This document shows positions 13,021 to 26,955 of a DNA stretch of 64,000 bases, piece by piece. Source of the DNA: Camelus ferus. Its lineage: Eukaryota. Positions within the stretch are counted from its first letter, which is position 1. Each line of letters opens with the position of its first letter. The notes under the pieces are model-generated. The model saw only the letters and a program-made list of their open reading frames with translations, was not told the origin of the DNA and searched no databases. The position numbers and the translations under genes are program-made. The stretch is from positions 79,858,001-79,922,000 of the forward strand of contig NC_045696.1 of assembly GCF_009834535.1 (NCBI RefSeq), in the 5' to 3' direction.

Positions 13021-13244
13021 CTACTGCTGATGCTACTGTCGTCGTTGTTACGAGAATGAACAACAACAAGAGCATTTTTGAAGAAAGGTGTTTAAAGTCC
13101 TACTACATTCACTCTGACTTAATTCTGTTGAGTGAAACTTTGGCATAAACATTATATTTCTGGACAAGCACCCCAATTTATCTCAATTTTAGCAGCCATC
13201 ATCTATGACTGCCCCCCCTGCTCTCTGCCAAACTATATGTCAGA

Positions 13245-13390
13245 TGTTTGTCTCGCATTATCATTGTTCCTCACAACTCCGCAAAGAAATTATATTCTGC
13301 ATTTTGTAGGTGAGGAAACTGAAGCTAGGGTTTGAATGACTTGTCAAAGACCACATCACTGATAAGTAGCAAAGCTGGATTTTGAGCTTC
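13245..13390 (-). mobile_element. MIR SINE
   Basis: cattttgtaggtgaggaaactgaagctaggg...tgacttgtcaaagaccaca. Confidence 0.7.
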
Positions 13391-13444
13391 ATTTTATCAA
13401 GATACAGACTCCTGCGCATGCACACACACACACAGGAAAGTGCA

Positions 13445-14290
13445 CTTGGTATTGTCAGACTTTTTCATATTTGCTATTTGGATGAGTTTGAAATGGTATT
13501 GCCTTGTTGTGGTTCACTTTTTTTTATTGCTAATAAGCCTGTGCATTTTTAATATTTATTGGCCAGTCATGTTTCTTCTTCAGCAATATGTTCATTTGTG
13601 TATTTACTTTGATTCATTTTTTATTGTGTTTATCTTTTAATCATTGAATTTCAGGACTCTTTATACTTCTAGGTACTAATAATTTTTAGTTATATGTGTT
13701 GCAAGTAATTTCTTTCAACTTATGGCTTATATAATCATACTCTTCATTATACCTTCTTACTAAAAAATAAGCCTAAAAACTTAGTCAGGAGTAGTCAAAT
13801 TCCTTAAGATTTGCACTATTTGACTTTTAAGAAATACTCATCTATTTCAAGCTCAATAAGATAGCCTTCTATATTGTTTTCCAAAAGTTTAAAGTGTTCC
13901 CTTTGCCTTTAAAGTTTTGACCCAATGATAATTGATTTTTATATATGGTGTGAGGTAGGAATTTATTATCATGTTTTCCCCTCAATGGATATCCAATTAT
14001 CTTGATATCATCTTATCAAATCCTTTTGTTATTGGTCTTCAATGTTGATTTTATCTAGATCAGTTTTACATATATGAATATGAATATGCTGATTTCTGGC
14101 CTGTGTTCTATTCATTTATCTATTAGTGTGTTGCACTGCCAAAACCACACTACCATAAGCAGGATAGTTTTATAATATATCTTGATATCTAGCAAAGCAA
14201 ACCTCTCCAACTGATTCTTTTTCAAAGATCTCTTGTCTATTTTTGGACTTTTACTCTTCTACATAAATTGTAGAAAGAGTGAATTTGAAT
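13445..14290 (-). mobile_element. Old L1 (L1ME-like) ORF2 3' fragment, antisense to SPATA16
   Basis: T-rich L1 antisense hallmarks: aaatggtattgccttgttgtggtt, tgatttttatatatggtgtgaggtagga, tcttgatatctagcaaagcaa. Confidence 0.75.
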
Positions 14291-14549
14291 TCCAAACCAA
14301 GATAATACAGGTTCTGATTAGGAATTCCCAAGAAAGACTTTTTTACTTTTTGTTGTACTCCACTAGGATTCAAAATGCAGATGGGCATGTAATTCTACCA
14401 TTTAGCTCTATAAGAGTTTCTCCTAGTTCTTTCATTGAACATGTTAATTCTTAAAGAAACCACTATGTAGGTGGGTCTTCTATTCAATCTGCACTATGCT
14501 CAGACCTCAGGCTTTGTCTCCTTTTCCCTATGCACATTTCCTCTTATGT

Positions 14550-17500
14550 GGTTACTAGACCACAGAGCAAAACTAGCTGTCCCCAAATAGGAAAGACAGA
14601 CAGATAAAGAGAATCACAAGTTACTGGAGGAGAAATCTCTGAGCAGAAACCTCTATGGGAACCAGTGGTAGGGTAGGAAAACCTGAAGTGTAACTGACAA
14701 ATTTCTGGATGCTCAATGTGGGAAATTCTAAAAGTTAAAAATTCTAGGAGGGCCCAATCACAGGTCGGAGCCTACACTTTTATGAGTTTTACCACAAGGA
14801 GCTCTACCAAGTCCTCACAGTGAATATGAAAGAAAAATCTCCCCATGGTTCCAACAGGAGGAGGGGGAAAGGAATCATTTCGAAATATGCCAGAGCATTC
14901 TGTTCTTCTTAGCAAAGTTTGCCTACAAGAGAATGTATTTTACCAGAGCTTAATATACGTAGAGGAAGAGAAATATTTAACTCCAGTCTTTTCTATCCAT
15001 TTTGTCAAACCTAAATGGTTGGGGAGGAGGTACAAACTGGGGAGCACTGGTGAAATCCACAGTCCAGGAGCGCAGGCTCATCTAATATAACTCACAGACT
15101 GAGACTTAAACATAGGACTTCAGAATGCTTCCTCTCCCCCAATATCTTACCACTACATTATCAAAAGCCTATTTGCAACAGTACCTTCTCTGCAATACAT
15201 CATGTTCCCCTTGTAATAAAAACCTATAAGTCATACTAAAAAGCAAAAAGACACAGTTTAAAGAAAATTAGCAAGCATCAGAACCAGAATCATATGTGGC
15301 AGGAATGCTGCAATGATCAGAACAGGAACTTTGAAAAATACATAATTAATAATACACAGCTAATATGCTAAGGGCTTTAACAGAAAAATAAACAACATAC
15401 AAGAACAGATGGATAATGTGAGGAGATAGATGAAAATTCCAAGAAAGAAACAGAAATGCTAGAGATTAAAAACACTGTAACAGAAATGAAGAATGTCTTT
15501 GATGGGCTCATTAACTAGAATGGTTATGGCTGAATAAAGCCGAATAAAAATCTCTGAGTTTAGGATATGACAATAGGAATTTCCAAAATGGTATACTAAA
15601 AATCAAAGAGAAAAGAGACTGGAAAAAAAAAGAAAAGAATATACAAGAACTGTGGAACAACTACAAAAGGTATAGCATGCATGTAATGGGAATACCAAAA
15701 GGAGAAGAAAAGAAGCAATATTTGAAGCAATAACTTATTACTACAACCCAGATATTACCATCAGACACCAAAGCACAGATCAAGGATATTTAGAGAACAT
15801 CAAGCAGAGTAAATACCAAAAAACTACACTTTAGCATATTTTCAAATTACAGAAAACCAGAAATAAAGAAAAAATTCTGAAAAAAAACACAAGAAAAAAA
15901 CATTTACATACAGAGAAGCAAAGATAAGAATTACACCTGACTATTCTTCAGAAATCATGCAAGCAAGAAGAGAGTGGATGAAACATTTAAAGTGTTGAGA
16001 GAAAAAAAAACACCAACCTAGAATTCTGTACTTTGTGAAAGTATCCTTCAAAAGTGAAGAAGAAATAAAGACTTTCTCAAGCAAAAATTGAGAAAAATCT
16101 GTTGCCAGTAGATCTGTCCTGCAAGAAATGCTTTTAAAAAGTTCTTCAAAGAGAAGAAAAATTATATAGGTTAGAAACTGAGATCTACATAAATAAAAGG
16201 ATAGCATGAGAGAATGAATAAGTGAAGGTAAAATAAAAACATTTGGTTTTTTTTCATTCTCAATAGACCTAACTGATAAGTTTGTACAAAATAATAATAG
16301 CAACAATATATTCGTTTATGGATGCTTATGTATATGCTTATGTATATGTATATAGGCACTTATGTATGCTTACGGATTAGTGAAATGAATGACAGCAATA
16401 ACTGATTACAAGGGATGAGAGAGAAAATTAGGAATTTTTGTTATTTTAAGGTACTTGCCCTATCTGTGGAATGGTATAGTGTCATTTCAAAGTGTACTTG
16501 GATTAGCAGTAAATGTATATCGGAAACTCTAGGACAATAGCTGAAAAAAGTTTAAAAAAAAGAAGTACAACTAATATGCTAAAGTGGAGAAAAAATTGAG
16601 TCATAAAATGCCTAAACAAAAACACAAAAGGCAGAAAAAGTGTGGAAGACAAAAATAGGAATAATGACAATAGAAAACAGTTACAAATATGGTAGTTATT
16701 AATCTGACTTTATCAATAATCATTTTACATGTTAATGGTCAAAAATAATGCCTAACTATATTCTGCCTACAGGCAACTCAATTTAAATATAAAGGCACAT
16801 ATAGATTAAAAATAAGTGGATAGAGATATATCATGCTAATATCAATCAAAAGAAAGTAGGAGTATCTATATTAATTTTAGAGCAGACTTCAGACCAAGGA
16901 AAGTTTTCAGGGATAAAGAGGAGCATTACATAATGGTAAATGGATCAATAAATCAGGAATATATGACAATTCTTAACACATATGTGCCTAACAATAGCGA
17001 ATCACAAAATATAGGACAAAAATTATAGAGACTTAAGGAGAAATATATGAACCCACCATTATAATTGGAGATTTTAATATCCTTTATCAGAAATAAAAAG
17101 GCCAAACAGGTAGAAAATCAGTAAAGACACAGCTGAACTCAACAACTGGATAAAATTGGTATCTCTTGGACTATTTCACCCAACAACAGCATATTATATC
17201 CTCATTCTCACAGGGAATATTCACCAAAATAGACCACTTCTAGGCCATAAAATATACCTTAACAAATTTGAAAGAACAGAAATCATACAGTATCTGCTCT
17301 CAGACTACAGTGGAATTCAAATAGAAAAGAATGACAGATAGCTGGAAAATCCCCCAAATACTTGGAGATTAAACACACTTCTAAATAACACATGACTCAA
17401 ATAAGAAATCTTAAGAGAAATTTAAAAATATTTTCAACTAAAAAAATGAAAATACAATTTATCAGAATTTGTACGATGCAGTAAAAGCAGTGCTTAGGGC

Positions 17501-19338
17501 AAAAATTTTAGTCTTGAATACATATTTTAGAAAAGAAGAAAGACCCGAATCAATAATCTAAGGTTCCACCTTAGGAAATTAGAAAAATTAGAGCAAATTA
17601 AATCCAAATAAGCAGAAGAAAATGCCAAAAACAATGAAACTGAAAACAGAAAATCATTAGGAAAAAAACAACAAAACCAAAACTGGTTCATTGAAAAGAT
17701 CAATAAAATCACTAAGCCACTAGCTAAATATCAGTAATAGGACACAAACTACTATATCAGAAATGAAAAAGGGAACATCACTACAGATTCCATGGACATT
17801 GAAAGAACATTAAAGGAATAGTATGAACAACTCTATGCTCACAAATTTGATAACTTAGATTAAATGAACAATTCTTTCAAAGATATAATTTGCAAAAATC
17901 ACAAAGAAACAATCTAAATAGGCCTATATCTACTAAAGAAATTGAATAGACATTTTGTTTCAAAAAAAAAAAAAAGAAAAGGACTAGGCCAAGTAGGTTC
18001 ACTGGTGGATTCTGCAAAACATTTAAGGAAAAAAAATATACCATTTCTGTACAATCTCTTCCAGAAGATAAGACCAGGGAAAATATTTTCTAACTCATTC
18101 TATGAAGCTAGCATTATCCTAATGCCAAAATAAGACAAAGACATTTCAAGAAAAGAAAACTACAGACCAATATTTCTCACAAACATAGATGCAAAGTCCT
18201 AAACAGAATATTAGCAAATTGAATCTAGCAATATATTAAGAGATTATATACCATGATCAAGCGGGATTTACCCTAAATATGCAATGTTTGTTCAGTATCT
18301 GAAAATCAATTAATGTAACCCATCACATCAATACTCTGAAAAAGCATATGATTATATCAATAGATGCTGAAAAATCATGTGACAAAATCCAGTATTCACT
18401 TATGATAAAAATGCCCAGAAAGCTAATAACAAAGAGAAACTTCCTCAATTTGATAAATACCTACAATAAAAACCTATAGATATTATACTTGATGAGAAAA
18501 TGGAAGCTTTCCCACTAATATCAGGTATAAGGTAAAGACGTCCACTTTCACAACTCCTGTTCAACACTATACTAGAAGTTCTAGCTAAGGCAATAAGCCA
18601 AGGGAAAAGTATACAGTTCGGGAAGGAAGAAACAAAATTGCCTTTATTCTCAGATAACCTACGTAAAAAATCTGAAAGAACTGATTTAAAAAAAAATCCT
18701 GCAACTAATAAGCAATTATAACAAGGGTGCAAGGTGCAAGCCGAATATGCAAAAGTCAGTTGCTTCCTATATACCAGAAATAAATAAGTGGAATTTGAAA
18801 TTTAAAACATATTACCATGTACATTAGCATCCAAACAAATGAAATACTTAGGTATAAAACTAACAAAATATATGATGAAAACTACAAAGCTCAGATTAAA
18901 TATATCAAAGAAGTACTAAATAAGTAGAGAGATAGTCTATGTTCAAGGATAGAAAGACACAATGTTGTCAAGATGTCAGTTCTTCCCTCCTTGATCTAGA
19001 TTCATTCCAATCAAAATCCCATCAAGCTATTTTGTGGATATCAACAACTCAATTCTAAAGTTGATATAGAGAGACAAAAGATAGAGAACAGTTAACTCAA
19101 TCTTAAAAGAGAAGAGCAAAGTTGGAAAACTAACACTACCCAACTTCAAGATTTACTATAAAGCTACAGTAATCAAGACAGTATGGTATTGGGAAAAAAA
19201 TAAACAAACAGATCAATGGAATAGAGCAGAGAACCAAAATAGACCCACATAAATATAGTCAACTGACCTTTGACAAAAGAACAAAGGCAATACAACAGAG
19301 CAAAGATTGTCTTTTCAACAAACGGTGCTGAAATAGCT

Positions 19339-19378
<40 letters not shown>

Positions 19379-19800
19379 TCACTCACTCACTCTAGACACA
19401 GGCCTTACATTTTCACAAAAAATTAACTCAAAGTGGATCACAGACCTAAATGCAAGACACAAAACTATAAAACTCCTATAAGATAATGTAGAAACTCTAT
19501 TACTACAATGGTGGATATATGTCATTAAACATTTGTCAAAACCCATAAGACATTCAACACCAAGAGTGAACTCTAATATAAGCTATGGACTTTGAATGAA
19601 AACAATATGCCAATGTAGGTTCACTGATTATAACAATGTACCATGTGGTGTGGGATATAGATAGCTGGGGTAGGTCTGAGTCTGTAGAGACAGGAAATAT
19701 ATGGGAAATCTCCCTATTTTCTACTTTTCTACTTTCTACTTTTAGGTTTTGCTGTGAACCTAAAGCTGCTTAAAAAAATAAAGTTTATTAATTTAAAAAA
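14550..19800 (+). mobile_element. L1MC1/L1MC2-like LINE-1, ~5.2 kb, internally deleted (5' region, ORF1, long inter-ORF spacer, decayed ORF2, 3'UTR tip)
   Basis: ORF1 C-terminal motif PRILY..KVSFKSEEEIKTFS (~16017-16080). ORF2 endonuclease start ...LHVNG (~16720). RT-region FSNSFYEASIILMPK (ORF 17942..18133) and KENYRPI (~18155). L1MC-type 3' end ...ttttgctgtgaacctaaagctgcttaaaaaaataaag. Many stops and frameshifts. Confidence 0.9.
19342..19392. repeat. Compound microsatellite (CA)n(CTCA)n inside L1 ORF2
   Basis: acacacacac...acactcactcactcactcactc directly visible. Confidence 0.95.
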
Positions 19801-19849
19801 TTTTAAAAATTTACATAGCTTTTTAAAAGATCCTCTAATGGGTGTTAAA

Positions 19850-20520
19850 GTTAGTAGGCAAACATTTGAGGAGAAATATAATATTAGCATAGTCTCAAAA
19901 TATCTCCCCCAAATATTTATCAATTGAAAAGGGAAACCTAGTAACTTTCTGGTGAAGAAAACCAGCTAATATCACCTTAATCAAATGATCAAGGTTAACA
20001 TCATCAGTAATGAAACATCAACATTGTACCCCCTGATTGTATGCAGTGAGAAGAACAACACTTTGATAATGTTCTTGCCTAAAATGCATAATTTCACTCT
20101 AATCATGAGAAAACAGCAGGCAAACTCAATCTGGGACACATTCTACATAATAACCAGTCAGTATGCATTAAAAGGTTCAAGAAAAGGGAAAAATAAGGAA
20201 ATATCAAAGAATGGAGGACACTAAGGAAACACAACTAAATATATTGTGGGATCCTTCATTGGATCCTGGAACAACAAAAACAAAAGGGCATTAAGGGAAA
20301 AAAACAACTGACGAAATTTTAAAAAATCTGTAGTTCAGTTAATAGCAATGTGCCAATATTAATTTCCTGGTTTTATTCATTGCACTATATTTATGTAAGT
20401 AGTTAAAATTAGAGGAAGCTAGGGAATACTGGGTGGAAGGATATATTTTAACTCTCTGTCTATTTTTGCAACTTTTCTGTAAATTTTAAATTCTTTCAAA
20501 AAGGAAAAAAATTTTAAAAC
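19850..20520 (+). mobile_element. L1MC3/L1MC4-like 3'UTR fragment
   Basis: caccttaatcaaatgatcaaggttaacatcatcagtaatg...ctaatcatgagaaaac...tttttgcaacttttctgtaaat. Confidence 0.75.
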
Positions 20521-20959
20521 ACCTGTTTGTGATGTTTGTTTTCAGTCTGTCTTGTTTAAGAGTATCAGCTGTTCTGGGTAGGGTTTCTCTGATCATCTTA
20601 TCCACCACATTCCCAAATTTGAAAGCCAAGACTTAACATTTTAAAGACATTTTTATCATCTCTCTCTCCCAACCTATTTTGGGATATCCTTTGCCTGCTA
20701 TAATTTAAGAACATGTTCTTTTCCTACATCTTATTTCTCCTACAGATTCCATCTTAATTTTAGCTTTTGAAGCTTATTCTGCTATTCTTTTATACTCTTC
20801 TTTAATTATCTGAATCATAAAATTCTGTGCTAACTTCATTAGAACTGGGGTTAGACAATCAAGATCAGCAATCCAGTTTTATCACTTATAATTGCATTGG
20901 CCTCAGCAAGATCCTTAGCCCCCTATGAATGAGAATAATAATAATCATAGTACCTGGAC

Positions 20960-22105
20960 TCGTGTCTCCAAAAGTTGTTACGAGAATCAACTTTCTCCTT
21001 TCCCTTGGATTTCCTGACATCATATTCTCTGGATGTGTTTTCCTACTTCTTTGACTTTTCCTTCTCAGTCTCTTATTCCTCAACCTACTGCTTAAAAATC
21101 AGTATTTTCAAAGGTTCTATCCCCTTACTCTTTTTTATAAATTGTGTTTACTTTTCCTTGGCCATTAAATTCCCTCTCCTGGCTTCAACTAATCAATATA
21201 CTAATGACTCTAAATTTATGTCTACATTCTCAGATCTTGCTCCCTGTCTTCACATTTATATATTCAAGCACCTTCTGGTTATCCCCATTTGGCTGTATTA
21301 TAAGCATCTCAATTAAAACATGTTATAAACTGAACTCTTTATTGCTCTCAAAAACTTAACTCTCCCAACATCTTTACTGTCTAACATAAGGGTCTGATTA
21401 ATTAAATGGTGAAAATATCCATGGAATACAATGCAACCATTTTAATTAGCGGACAGATAAATATTTAATAATGTGGAAGATACTCTCATCATACTGTTCA
21501 TTCTTCAGAGCAGGTTAAAAAAAAACAGTATGTGTAGTATGTTTTATTTACAGAACAAATTTGAACACATCTCTCTCCAGACTAATTACTTTAAATGGCT
21601 CTCCATAATCTATGGAATAAATCTTGGCCAAAAATTTTTTTAAAGGTCTCTTATAATTAAGACCCTGCTTATCTGTCCAGCCTCCTCTACACACATACAC
21701 ATACAGATGCATGCACACTTTTCAGTACTGATATACTACCCAAGCACAGCATACATGCTATTTCATGCTTTTGCACAGTCCATCTTCTCTGCTCAGAATA
21801 GCTTTTCCCTCTTTGGTCATCTCTTAAGCCTTTCTTGGGGCCCACCTCCCTGGGAAGGTTTTACTGACTCCATTTTCTCCCAATAGGATTAATTTTTATT
21901 TTTCCGTACTACTTCTGTGCCTGGTCTTGACAGCTACTAGTGTGCATTCTATGTCATAATTATTCTTATAAATGTCAATTTATCTTAAAAGATCATGGGT
22001 TTCTTGAAGATGAAAAACTGACCAAATCACCTTTTATACCTTTACCACCCATCTTCATGACTCAGTCACATCGGCCACAATATAAATATTTGTGGAACTG
22101 AAATT
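20960..22105 (+). mobile_element. L2 LINE fragments interrupted (~21390-21560) by an L1ME-like 3'UTR piece
   Basis: Pyrimidine-rich L2 body (catctcaattaaaacatgttataaactgaactc; ttcttgaagatg; aatataaatatttgtggaa). The insert reads catggaatacaatgcaacc...aacagtatgtgtagtatg. Confidence 0.6.
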
Positions 22106-25100
22106 TCAATGCATATGAAAGCACATAAAGTATCACAAATAGAGTACTCTGAAATTAAAAAATGGTATTATTTCTATTTAAATTCATACTGTAATACACT
22201 GGCATTTTAATCCACTCTATAAAGAACAAATTCTCCAAAAGAGGGCTTCTTATCTATATTAACATAATCTGGGTGTCAAAATCTTAAATCTAATAGTAAA
22301 GTAGATTAGATCCCCTTAGACCAGATGTCCATATATAAAAATACAGAATGAAAGGGAAGCACCATATTACAAAACTTTATAAAAGCCAACAAAAGAATTT
22401 ACTGGGAATAATTTGACCCAGACTCTGTAATGAAAACATCTTACGTGACTTGAGTTTCCTCAAGCCTTATCAACCTATGAACACAACTCAAATCATAATA
22501 ATGGCAGCAACTTCATACACTGACTTAAATCCCACCTGCATAACACAAGAGTTCACCTCTCCTCCACCTTACTTGGGATTCCTGGGAGCTGACTCACAGG
22601 CTGTCTAGAAGAAGAACAGAGTAGCAAAGTATGATATGAAGAGGTTAGTTTTTAATGTCATTATCTAAAGCCAAAAAAAAAAAAAAGAAGAAGGTAAAGT
22701 CAGAAAAATCCTTCAAAGTCTTTTAAGTCTTTTGTACTATCCACCACCATCATGTACATGGTTTTGCATATACAACCTACATACAAATATGCTCACAAAA
22801 ATTTAGTATTTACTGTAATGTTCAATGTATGATTCCACAGAGAGAATATATTTTAAAACTGTCACTCAAAGATATCTCTGCTTGGAACACTTCAGCAAAT
22901 TAATGAAGATTCTATTTTGTTGGCCCTTCTTTTTCACTGCCGTCATTCCATTTTCCACAGATGACTTTATCAGCCCATCTAACTCTTCCTTAGCCCTCAT
23001 TTATCTAAGTTTTTCCTGTAAGGCCTGGAGGCTCAGCCACTTGTCTGGCAGATTTCTTTTCCACTGATCAGGGAAACCCTTACATCTTTCTCACATTTTA
23101 AAAACAGCTTTCAAACTTGCAATGATTATTGCTGATTTGACTGACTCCATTCACCTCTGGGCTTAAGCTTATTGACTAAAATGGCAAGCTGACACTGGAC
23201 ACTTTAAATTGTCATCTTCCCTTTCATCTTTTGATCAATATTTTGGAATCCAACTAGGTTAAATGCATGCATAATGTGATCTTGCTGTTACTGGGGTTTC
23301 ATATCATTGTTTAGTCTCTGGGTTCCTCATGAGGGAACTGGGAACAAGGTCCAGTCTCAGGGGCTAAAAGGACTCAACTCTCTCTCTGCTACTGTAGTCT
23401 GCACACTTCCTTGGGGATTCCCTAATAGTCTTTTCCTAGGTTTGTTATGTTCTAAGTGTAACTGCTCAAAAGAGTATCTTAGAGTCACGAGTCTCTAACA
23501 ATTGATTTCTGTGAAAGATTTTGCCTTCCTTGAATAAATTCTATAAAATCCTGGCCATGGCACTAGATTCCTAAATCCCTGCCTCTCCTGCACAAATGAT
23601 TGCATTGTCTTCAATGGATGGCTTCATCCTTCTTCAAAGGATGTCTTCAGGGATGCAAGCCCCAACTCTTTGATAAGAAGAAACAGGAAGAGCTGAAATG
23701 GATACCATTTGTACCTGTGTCTTACCTTTTGATCATCCCCAGGACACTAATAACAGTTCACAAGTTCACTTAACAGAGCTACTATTAAATCTCTTCTACT
23801 CATAATCAAATGTATTATATGAGGCAATACGAAGCAGGGTCTCCACTACACTCGTCATGAATATTAGATACTTAAAATTCATACTGAACTACCCTAGCCG
23901 TCACTCTTCCCTGCCAACCCAGACACACTCTCAAGTCTCACACCTTCCTTCAAGGGATATATTTATTCTTTTCAGGTTTTCATGAAATTTAGAATTTTAA
24001 GAGGTTCTTGCTGCAGTCTACTCTTCTGTAACCTGGTATGTTTTTTTCCTCCATGCTCACAGAACTGTTTATTTCTTTCTTTAAAAACAACTCACATGAA
24101 AAAATATTTGCCAGCTGTTAATGCTTTCTGAAATTATTAATTTATATTTTAATTTATAAATATGCTACCATTACTTAACGCCTATGGGCACATTTGAAAA
24201 ACTAAAAACACAAATTAAAAAATAAGACAAACATCATGCAAGCTGTGGTTTAAGGAAAAAAAGAACACTGTCTCTGCCTATATTAAACCCCCTTCAAGCA
24301 AGCACCTAAATAAATAGATGGATAGTGTACTGTGCCCCCAAAGAAATGTAAATGTTTCCTTAAATCAATACCATGAACCCGTTTAAGGGTGCATAAACGT
24401 CTCCTAGTGGAAGAGTGATTACCTTGTGAACTCAACATTTGCAGTGCTAGAACTCACTTCTAAGGTCTTCCATGTATTCTGTCCCAAAAGCTCAATAACA
24501 TAAGTATTACTTGTAAGTGACACATAATAAGTGCTCAATAAACAAACAGTTGTTTGCTTTAAAATGCATACCATTTTAATTCCCAACTATTTAACTTTCT
24601 TTATGATGTTCACCAAATCTGTAATCTCTTTTTTTCTTTTTTCTTCATCCTTGCTTGTGTTCTCTTTTCATCTAAAAAACAGTAACTAAAAATGTTAGTT
24701 TATGCTAGTGTAGTTTTTGTGTGTGTTGGATAATCTGTGAAGTAGTGAAATACACTCTAATGTTTATTAACCAGCCTTTCTGATTCCAATCTATAAATTA
24801 AAAGCTACAAAATGAGCATCTAGAAAGCACAATTTCAGCATAAATCAAGGTTTCTATGGATTACATCCACTGATAACTTGCTGGATGACTTTCTTATAGA
24901 ATGTATCTGAGGAATAAATACATGTAACTCAAAGAATATATACATCTAATAGGGAAAATGCACATTTATGAATTTTTTCCAAAGAATCTTAAGTCAGGGG
25001 AAAAGCTAAATAAAATTTAATAAGAATATATTGCAGGCTACTATATAATCAGCTATGCCGGGAAGAAGGAATAGAAGAAGCAGAAAATAAGATTCTTGTC

Positions 25101-25232
25101 CATGAAGAGCTTACAATTCTACTAAAGAAAAGATTAACAATTCTCTCTAGAGGATTAAACAGGTACACTGAACCATGGAGGATGGCATGTAACAATGCAT
25201 TCATGCTCTAAAACAGTTCCCCGCTGAGAGAA

Positions 25233-25360
25233 TAGGAGACCACATCATTTATCATCTAAAACAGGAAAATTATGATAGTGAAAAGGCCTCTGTTAATTAC
25301 CCTCGGACAACAGGCATAGACTAGGATTGCCTTGGGAAAACCTAGGTGTATGGTTACCTG
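25233..25360. mobile_element. MER94-like hAT-Blackjack MITE
   Basis: taggagaccacatcatttatcatctaaaacagga...ggacaacaggcatagactagga...gtatggttacctg, with degenerate TIRs. Confidence 0.65.
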
Positions 25361-26134
25361 AAGCCAAGAACATGGTCATCTCAGTACTAAACACTCGCCT
25401 GAAGTCTTCTCCTGAACAAACATGTTACTCTTAAGATGTTTATCTATCAAGGTAACCTAAAGTGTAGCGGAAGCTGCAGGACAGGGGACCTTGAAAGAGT
25501 TCAGATCACTTTGTTTTTCTTTTCTGTTCTCCTCCCACTAGTGACTGTTCCTCTTTGGAATAGCCTAGTTCTAATACCTGTGATTGTTAGTCATGCATGT
25601 TTTGGCCAAGAGGATGAGAATCACAAAGACCTGCTTTTTCACCAGGAGGCACGGGCAATGCAGTTTCTCTTAGAAGTGGACTGAGTGAGATCATCACACT
25701 TTATTTCCAAAGGGAGAGAGCACTACACTTCATTTCAGCTACTCATACATAAACCCTGGCATCGACATCTTTGCGTACGCTCCCTGCTTCATGCCACCCA
25801 TCATCGGCCATGGTGTCTTTCACAAACCAAGGTGTCCGGAGCTTTCGGTTGAATGAATAAGTGAATAAATGATAGCTATTGCCTAGAGACAGGAGAATAC
25901 AGCTTATGGATAACTATTTCTACTCTCCCCTACCTGCAGAGAAATATCCAAATGAGCAAGAAAATGTCCTAGCCTGCATGGCATAGTTCACTTCCCCAAT
26001 GCACATGTTTTTTTTTTTCCCTAGAGGAACAGGGCTCAAAATATTTAATATAATTCAGTGGAAAATTCAGTTTCATATATAGAATGCCATTTTAACTTCA
26101 ACAGCAAATCTGTGCCTCCCTTCATTTAATGAAA

Positions 26135-26400
26135 TCATTAGCAACTATTTATTGACCACCTACTATGTGCCAGTCACTGTTCTAGATGCTGGGGGATACA
26201 GCAATGAACAAAATTTCAAAAATCTCTGTCCTTACAGATCTTTCAATTATTCATTCATTTGATAATCATGTACCAAGTCTCTGGAGAATTCATAATAATA
26301 AATGAGATGTGATCCCTGCCCTCCACAAAATTATACTGTATCAGAGATGACTTTAAAGAATACCAATAACTAATCTACAAGAGGGAGTTAAAAGGCTCAA
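26135..26400 (-). mobile_element. Two adjacent L2 3'-end fragments
   Basis: tatttattgaccacctactatgtgccagtcactgttctagatgctggggg and ttcattcatttga...atccctgccctc. Confidence 0.7.
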
Positions 26401-26729
26401 AGAGAAGACTTACAAGCAATGTGTTATTGCTTATAACACAGTGTGGAAGACAAGAGTATTTAAATGCAATAAGGGTTTAAGAAGGCTGCACATGTGGCAT
26501 TCTTGTTGCAGGCTCACAAAACTACACTACCTATATTAGTTAAAAGCTTCGATATGTTTTTTAAGTGCAAGAAAAAACTTTAGTAACAATGGAGATCAAT
26601 ACACTTTTGAAGCAGTCTAAATAAGCCTGTTTGGGTATTAGCTTCTCAAAGAAGCAATGTATATTTCATTCTCCTAAATACCACTGTTAGTGCCTGGGCA
26701 GAATAATAATTTGCAAATCAAGTACTTTC

Positions 26730-26955
26730 AAGTATCAGACAGTGCTCGACGTGCATTTCATATAATGGAGCATTTAATCCTCCTAACAATCCTGTGAGGC
26801 TGGCACCTATTATTATCCTCATGGTATTATGAGGAAACTGAGGTGCAGAGAGGTTAAGTCAAAAGTCATACAGAGAGCAAACGGCAAAGTTGAAATTCAA
26901 AGGCAGGCTAGCTCCCACATCTGAGTCCTCAATCCCTGCAACATATTGCCTCTGC
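26730..26955 (-). mobile_element. MIR SINE
   Basis: catttaatcctcctaacaatcctgtgagg...tgaggaaactgaggtgcagagaggttaagt. Confidence 0.85.

Noticed and set aside
15941..19382. Several ORFs of 61-121 aa on both strands
   Set aside because: They are fragments or antisense frames of the decayed L1; no intact ORF1 or ORF2 remains.
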